Source of the DNA: Intoshia linei
Taxonomy: Eukaryota; Animalia; Orthonectida
Assembly: GCA_001642005.1 (NCBI GenBank)
Contig: LWCA01000084.1
Location: forward strand, 1 to 56,678
DNA length: 56,678 bases
Direction: 5' to 3'
Made by a program: the position numbers and the translations under genes. This document shows, piece by piece, positions 49,114 to 56,678 of the stretch. Positions within the stretch are counted from its first letter, which is position 1; each line of letters begins with the position of its first letter. The notes below the pieces were generated by a model, which saw only the letters and a list, made by a program, of their open reading frames with translations, was not told the origin of the DNA and did not search any database.

Positions 49114-50187
49114 CAGTAGTTTCTTGTTATTAAATACAGCAATAAAACATCAATTTTGAAATTGTTGCTGAGTGAAATAATTGCGCCAAATTAAAATAAA
49201 TTAAATTAAATTATCACTCAAAGTCTGCTTATTTTCATTTTAATTATGTCCAATGGACATTGTCCATCAAACGAAGAATTTCTATAAATTTATTTACTAA
49301 ATTAAAAATTATATCCGAAATTGAAGATGGTAAATCATACCGTTGGTTGTCAAAATTTAAGAAAAGATTTTCAATTTCGACCTATAAAATGACAGGTGAA
49401 CGTTTGTCCGCTGATAGTGAATGTGTTGCTGGCTTCATTGAAAAGTTTAATAATATAATCGCCGAAAAAAATTATTCTATGGAACAAATTTACAATGCAA
49501 ACGAGTCGCCAATATTTTACAAAAAATCTCCGAAATTTACGTCGGCTCATCCATTAGAAAAGTCTATACCCGGATATAAAAGCTCAAAAGATCGTTTATT
49601 AAAGATTATTATTATTAGTTGGGAAGAATGGTCTATGGACGTTGATGATTCTGAACTTATGGATGATTCTCAAATTTTATATATGGACAATGCTGAACCA
49701 TCCATATCTGAAGATGAGAGGCAAGATATGCTAAGTTCTGTAGATAAACTAATCGCATATACCCAAAAACACGAAATGAAATCAGATTATAATAACTTAT
49801 ATACAATTATTTTAATAATATTATGGAACAAATTTTAATCTTATTCTTAACATTTTTATAGTTATAATTCTTATCAACATTCAGTGTAAAATATTTAAGT
49901 TATTATTTTTAGTCTTCGGTTTTGTATATAATATTTTTAATGTTATATAAATGCAATATAATTATACTTAAATTTAATTTATGTTAATAAAAATAATTAA
50001 ACGTTAAATGCTAATTTTAGTTTTCACTGTCGATATAATAAATAAATCAAATAATTAATTTTTTTTTAAAAAATTCTAAGAAATATGATATTAATTCAGT
50101 ATAAATATTTAATATGAAGTTTTCAAATAATTAGTAGAATAAACTTGTATTCGAGATATTCTTGTATTTATAAACGAGAAACTACTG
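49114..50187 (+). mobile_element. Internally deleted Tigger element
   Basis: TA|CAGTAGTTTCT ... AGAAACTACTG|TA; ORF 49260-49838 has an HTH start, WLSKFKKRF, GE..SAD, QIYNANES and PGYKSSKDRL. Confidence 0.88.
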
Positions 50188-50247
50188 TAATTATTGATAA
50201 AATTAAGCTTATGTAAAATATAACCAATTCTAATCACATGAAACATA

Positions 50248-50319
50248 TCCTCGGTAGTATAGTGGTAAGTATACTCGCTTGTCACGCGAGTGACCCGGGT
50301 TCAAATCCCGGCCGGGGAG
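50248..50319 (+). tRNA. tRNA-Asp: tRNA-Asp (GTC)
   Basis: Acceptor stem TCCTCGG/CCGGGGA + G73, anticodon stem CTCGC/GCGAG with loop TTGTCAC, T-arm GGTTCAAATCC, TTTTT terminator at 50321. Confidence 0.97.
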
Positions 50320-52140
50320 CTTTTTGGATTAATTTTTTTACGTACAATTATTAAACTCATTTTCGAGACGGTAGACCATACAGTGTTTCTCAAACGGTGT
50401 CCTCAAAATTTTTTAACTGTAATTCACAGTAATTTTAATTAATTAATAATTACATATATAATGTGGTAATTGTAATAACCTTAGCCAAGATAGTTATGGA
50501 TTAAGATTTAATTGTAAGTTACATATTTTAATAAGATTTTGTTGACTTGATTGATAATAAGGGAGAATGATGATAAATATATTTAATATGAATAGATATA
50601 AGATAAACTTGTTTAGTATCATGATACTACAGTAATAATGATAATTATTGTATATTTAATATTAATATAATAATGTGATAAAATTAAAATTTTGAAACAA
50701 ATGACTATGCTATACAATTTGGAATGACGCGAAAATTATATAATTTACTTGGTGTCGCCAAAGGAATATTTTAAGCAACACTAACATAATATCACGTCAT
50801 CTTGAATATTGATATTGCCACAGAGGTCTCAAAAAGATATCCAAAGTTTTGAATTCCAAACTAATTATTCTTGTGGTCCGAAAATCAAAAATAGTCCCTA
50901 GATACTGCGTCAATATACCATTTCATTATCGATATGATAATAGTTAAATGCAATGTGATAATGGAGGTTTATTCGAAAAATTTTACGTAAATATAAACAG
51001 AACTTCGTTACAACTAATTAAAAGTATAATATGGACTAAAATTTCTATTTTTCTACGTCAGTATTGAGTCATTTTTAAAATTCTTTTTTTTCTAACTATT
51101 TCTTAATTCTAACTAAACTAAACGTTCCAAATTCTTTTTCGAATAATATATTAAAACGAAAATTTCTGAATATAAGCCAGACGATGTATGGAATTGTGAT
51201 GAAACTGGATGATACTATTAACGGGATCTAACAAAACTCTAGCCACTTCTCAAATCGTAATATTTAAAGTAAACAAGAAATGAGAGGGTGACAGTTTTAT
51301 TTTGTGTATCTGTTACCAGAGAAAAGGCTAATTCACTTTTTATTGGAATATCGAAAAATTTTCTTTGGATTCTCTGAAGAATCAGATATTGATTATGCAA
51401 CCTGCTTTAAAAAAATTAAATGAAAGGATGTAATATTAATGATGGAATTCTGTTAATGTGATACTATTATAAAAATGTTATAGAAAATCAATTGAATTAT
51501 AACTTTTGATATAAATTTGTGCAGCTATGTTAATATCGAACAATAATGAAAAGAAAATATTGATGATATTAACTATGTTCCATAATATGTTAATAATAAG
51601 AATTCTTAATAATTAGTGGTTTTAAAAGCGGTCCACAGGAAATTCTAAGTGTTCCCCAATAAAAAATTTAAATATCATGAAGATACTCGTTTTTTAACAA
51701 TAATATTAAATTAGAATATTATTAATTATCGTTCATTTATTATTAGTGAACGTAAACATCATTTTATCAAAATGAATTGAAGTTTTACTGATATGATTGT
51801 AATGATTACGAAATGTTTGATGTAAGAGGTTAATTTAAAGAGCCTTTACAATAACAATAATTTAATATAAATTATTTACACGTCAATTATTAATACATGT
51901 ATAAACAAGTAAATCATCATAGTGATCAGTGTCATCACTACAATGATATGTTACCTTAATGTGTAATGTAATGTAATTGTGTTCAAGATTACAGCGATTT
52001 TTTTGACAAGTGTTTTATGGTGAAAAAAGTTTGGGAACCACTGGTCTAGTTCAAAAAATAATTTTATTTTTTAATTCATCTTGTTTATAGTAACGATTTG
52101 GTAGATAAGAACTCTAATAAGTTCATCTTAAATAAAAAAA

Positions 52141-52210
52141 TGTCCAAATTTCGATTCGAACCTAGCCACGCAGAATACAATTATATGACTATAACCACTC
52201 CAGTTAGACA
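52141..52210 (-). pseudogene. tRNA-like relic
   Basis: Terminal stem TGTCTAA/TTGGACA, A-box-like GAGTGG, B-box GGTTCGAAT, followed by a T-run; T- and anticodon stems are broken. Confidence 0.4.
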
Positions 52211-53046
52211 TCACAAGTGACTTATATCAAAAGTATATATTCGAATCTCGATTAGTATGGTAGCGATATATCACTACATTTATAGTCCTTACCTTGTTAC
52301 CACATAAAATCTGAACCATCTATTAATTTTAAGATATCAGTCAATGATAATACTACTGTTTGTAGTTATTCATTATTTTTTTGAATATATCAAATTTCTA
52401 ATCTGATTCAACAAATTTATTGAACCAAATAGAATCTGATTGTCAAAAATCCAAGTATCAAGTTACTAAAGTCTTAACAGATAACACTATTTTGTTCAAG
52501 CATGCTTGAAATTTGTAATTATTATAATGTTACCAATTTATAATACTAATGATCCAATTTGTTATATTAAATTTCTATTGAAACTGCAGATTAACAAATG
52601 TAGTAGTGTTTTTTATAAAAAAGCAATTTATTAATTTAAAAAAAATTTAAATAATGACTATAAATTAAAATTATTACTTTATTATTTGTAAAAAAATTTC
52701 AAAATTATATTTTATTTCCTTTATACTTAATCCTTTCAAAAATGATCAACACTGAAATAATAATAAAACTATTAACTCAAAAATACCACCTTACATTATC
52801 TTATTCTGGCTTAACCGAAGGCTTAATATAAAAAATAAGCTTTTCAATTTCTTCAAATAAATCTGATTAAATAACTAGCATGATTGTGTAAATTTTCTAT
52901 TGAATTGCATTTATTATGTATAACAATAAATTTTAACGACACAGTTAATAATCGTATCAGAATGAACTAAAGCATAATGACTTTGCTCATTAATTCACAC
53001 AAATATATAACTCAAAATTATAGTCTACCAGCAAAAATTATAAAAA

Positions 53047-54213
53047 ATGGATATTTCAAAAGATATTGATAAAGTCGATAAAATGATAAAAATGCACAGT
53101 ATCATGTACAATAAAATGGTTAGTTTATTCGTTATATTAAATTAAGTAAGTAAATGTACGGTAATATTTTACAGGTGAATGAAAAGAATGAAATTTTTTT
53201 TAATAATCAAAAAAATGAACTAAAAAACTACCATATAAATTTATTGAAATCACAAAATGTTGTTTCCTACTTGATTAATATAATTTCAAGACTTAAAAAG
53301 GATAATGAAGAATATTTCATTAAAAATATTAAACGTAAAAAGGTATTCAAATTATTATTACAATTATAAACGTAAATATTCAAATTTTCATTATAATATG
53401 CAACAATGTAGATTGCAGATAAAATAAAACAGAAATCAAAATTATTAAAAGAAGAAACTGTTTCCTTACATCAACTTTACAAAAAAAGCCTAGAAGAATC
53501 TCAAACATATAAACAAACACTGCATTTTAAAAATTTGGTAAAATTAATTTACATTGTTAGTTAAATATCTAATATTTTTGATTATCTAAAATGGGAGATT
53601 TTTTTTGATATTAAATTTGTTCAATTAGAATCTTAATTAAATTAATTCGTCAACCAATTGCGTCTAATTTTTTATAAATTGAATTAAATTTTTATTTAAA
53701 ATGGTACTATATATTTTAATCATTATACCATTATTTTAAACTTTTTGAATCCAAAATTGTTTATTTATAGTCTGAAATTCACACTCTGAATTACAACATT
53801 AGTAATCAACATAAACTTTTAAAAATTAAAAATTGCGCCAAATATGAATTTTTTTTACACAGGCAACATATGATTACTACGATAACAAAATATTTAAATA
53901 AAAAGTACCAATTTTGAATACATATTTAAAGTTACCTTATAAAACCAACTACATAACTGTATCGACTTATCTAGGAAATTGACAAAATGAAAAAAGAAAA
54001 TAATAAATTAAAAAGCGAACACGACCATCTAGAAAAAAACATAAACATCTTTAAACTAATCAGCAATCAAAAACAAGAACTTATGCAAAATAATATCGAC
54101 ATGCTAAAGAAGGATTTAATGGCAATGAACGAGGTTAAAAATATAACATTTATATCAAATAGAAATAAATTTAGTTTTATGAAAATAAACCAGACAAATA
54201 TTTAAAAAGTTAA
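53047..54213 (+). CDS. Uncharacterised coiled-coil protein, 187 aa; exons 53047-53118, 53175-53342, 53412-53537, 53975-54133, 54175-54213
   Basis: All four introns GT-AG and phase 0, stop-free spliced frame, K/E/N-rich heptad-like sequence, AATAAA at 54216. Confidence 0.65.
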
Positions 54214-54257
54214 TTAATAAATTATAAATGTTTATTTGTATCAAACATTAACAAAAC

Positions 54258-54731
54258 TCATGTAATGAGGGACAATTTTGTACATTTAGGCATATCGTAA
54301 TTTGAAGCACGATTATATGCTTTTTCATCGCCGCTCCATTTGGCGTTCATCATGAGTCGCGATCCTAAGGTTTGTTTGAAATTATAAAATAACCAAATTA
54401 TATAAAACAAATTACGTATGATTTGTTCATTACTACATTCATGTTGAAGTATAATTATGTGCTCTCGTAAGACTTCTCTTTCGATTTCATCAATACGAGA
54501 ATTGTATAAAGTGTCAAATTTTGAATTTACATAATAACGTAAATTTTCTGGTTCAATATATCGCACATCATAGTAATATCTATTGATATATTTACATATT
54601 CACGATATACATTGTATGTACCTTGTTTTGTTTAAATTGTAGGGTTTTTCACTTTGAAGTAACCAATTGAGTATCGGAATTACAATAAATACTATAATTG
54701 GAATCAAGTGTCTCATGTACAAGAAAAATCC
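54258..54731 (-). CDS. DNAJB12: 3' exons (TM + DUF1977) of an ER J-protein DNAJB12/DNAJB14; J-domain exons not in this window
   Basis: Spliced RHLIPIIVFIVIPILNWLLQSEKPYNL...YYVNSKF...IEREV...LQHECSNEQ...AKWSGDEKAYNRA..MPKCTKL matches the DUF1977 pattern with its two Cys. Confidence 0.82.
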
Positions 54732-55077
54732 CTAAAAGTAATTTTAGTAAATTAATTAATATTTTTAAGCAAATGCAAGGGATTAGCAGAAATATACATT
54801 TTTGTGAAACTTAAAAGTATTTAAAAGCAATAAAATTAATGTTCGAATATGGTAATTAGAAAATTGATGACATTTCTTGGTCGATTCAAAACATCATTCC
54901 ATTAAACTGTTCAATATCGACATGAGGCTTGGAAATGAGTTAATCCTACTCTTTGCCCGGTGATTAAATCCATTAGTTGGATTTTTTTTAAATGGGTTCA
55001 GAATGGCTATCATAATAACAAATAGTTTTTTTCGCATCATAAATCAATTTTAGTATCAATAATAAAGGTCACAAGAT

Positions 55078-55380
55078 TTCGTAGATTTTTAAGGGAACAT
55101 TTTTTCACCCAATTTTAAAAGATTTTGAAAATCACATAAAATGTTAAAAATATTTCCTTCAAAACCTTACCAAATTTTGGTCCCAAAATTGTTGTCAAAA
55201 TCTTTAAAAATTCGGTAAAAAAAATTTCCTTACAACTTTACAAAATTGTCTTCAAAATTATTAAAGATTGGCTGAAAAAAAATACCTTAAAAACCTATAA
55301 AATTTTGGTCCCAAAATTATCTTCAAAATCTTTAAAAAATGGTATAAAAAATATTCCCTTAAAAACCCTACAAAATTTAG
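55078..55380. repeat. Tandem ~57-67-bp minisatellite with one inverted unit at the left
   Basis: CAAAATCTTTAAAAA and AAATTTTGGTCCCAAAATT recur; 55078-55130 is the reverse complement of a unit. Confidence 0.7.
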
Positions 55381-55989
55381 TGATTGTCATTAAAGAAACC
55401 ACAAAAATATTGTTAAAAAATAAATACATGTATTATGATTAGGGCGATTATTTTTTAACTAGTGCAAATTTTGATATGTTTATACGCATCAAATTACAAT
55501 CACAATGATAATAATTTTACGTTTATTAATTGGTTAATTAAAATTTGATTAAGTTAATAAAGTTAAATTTTATTTTTATAAGTTAAATTATAATTTCAAA
55601 CATGAATTTTGTTTTATACAATTTCGTTTTGTTTTGTAATTTTATTTTATGCATGATTGTAGTAAATAAACTTATTGTTAATTTTTATATCACTCACTAA
55701 AAGCAGTTTTTATTTATTTCTATTCACAATATAGGTAATTTAGCGATACTTTTATATGATTAATGTTTTTTAAGCATGCCAAAATATGCGAAATCTAAAT
55801 ATGAAAAAATTTACAATATTACCTAATTTTACCCTAGTGAATTTACTAAGAATGACAATTTATTTTGTATGAAATGTTACTTTTACAAAATTAAATTTTG
55901 TTTAATTCCACCGCAAATTAGCAAAACATAAGAATTTTACGCATATTGTCAGTATTGGAAGTTCAATTAAAACATCGAATGACTTTTCA

Positions 55990-56572
55990 ATGGTGGAAGC
56001 AATTCTATTTCCGGACATAATACCTTTAAAAAGTTAAATAACGTTGAGTTAAGAACAATATTTAAAAATAAGAGAATAATTTTGCCATCTGAAAGCAATT
56101 GCAGAAATAAAATTGATGATTTGTATTTGAATGAAATTAAGAGAATAAAAAATTATTGTATTAATAAATTAATCTTTATCATTATAGACGAAACTGATTT
56201 AAATGGATATAAGTACATTAATACTATTATCGGAACATTAGAAACACCTCAAAATGTAATATTATATGATTGTAAAAATATTATAAGTAATATGAACGGA
56301 CAAATGGTCATTCATACTCTTTATAATACAATTAAAAATAATTAAACAAAACAAAGAAACTTTTTAAAAGATATTATTAAAAAATATTTGATTTTGTACT
56401 ACAACAAATAATACACTTTTTATACATCTTTATTAATACTTAAATTAGGGATCGGAAACATTTTGCATCTAGTGAACCACTTTTCTATTTTTTACAGGTG
56501 TATTAGAAATAGTGGATATGACTAACGGGTACTAAATTTAAAAAAGGTTATGAAACCATGAATTAGATATTT
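55990..56572 (+). mobile_element. CGGBP1/DUF659-like hAT transposase relic
   Basis: Broken-frame IP..KLNNVELR..., LPSESNCR and IIIDETDLNGYKYINTIIGTLE; duplicated at 4735-5172. Confidence 0.6.
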
Positions 56573-56678
56573 GAAAATTTTGTTTTATTTAGCTGATACT
56601 GCACGGTAATTCTAATTTTTTTACCAATTGCAAATATATATATAATATCAATATTAGATACAATACATCGATCACATC

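Noticed and set aside
54840-55040. GC-richer block in the DNAJB12 intron considered as J-domain exon, snRNA or snoRNA
   Set aside because: No stop-free frame across the block, no HPD, no recognisable U snRNA or paired C/D boxes on the sense strand

Overview
Very AT-rich eukaryotic (metazoan) genomic DNA with mostly tiny GT-AG introns (about 33-50 nt) and dense decayed DNA transposons. This architecture resembles a reduced-genome invertebrate parasite such as an orthonectid; that is inference only. Manual splicing recovers genes the ORF track fragments or misses. On +: an achaete-scute bHLH gene, a frameshifted CD225/dispanin-like gene, tRNA-Asp(GTC) and an unknown coiled-coil gene. On -: Borealin/CDCA8, DNAJC7, a highly divergent nuclear receptor with an unusual CQPCRD P-box, PSMC3/Rpt5, STARD7, an intronless glycogenin and the 3' exons of DNAJB12/14. 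Mobile DNA includes an IR/DR Tc1 element, Tigger/pogo, hAT, CGGBP1-like and Mutator relics, and several hAT MITEs with 8-bp TSDs. There is also a 7-copy ~830-bp repeat with a Helitron-like 5' end and terminal direct repeats instead of a CTRR/hairpin end. Best leads: the orphan nuclear receptor and its NAGNAG stop switch, the unclassified repeat family, structured or poison-exon segments in PSMC3 introns, and the ASCL cis-regulatory motif clusters.
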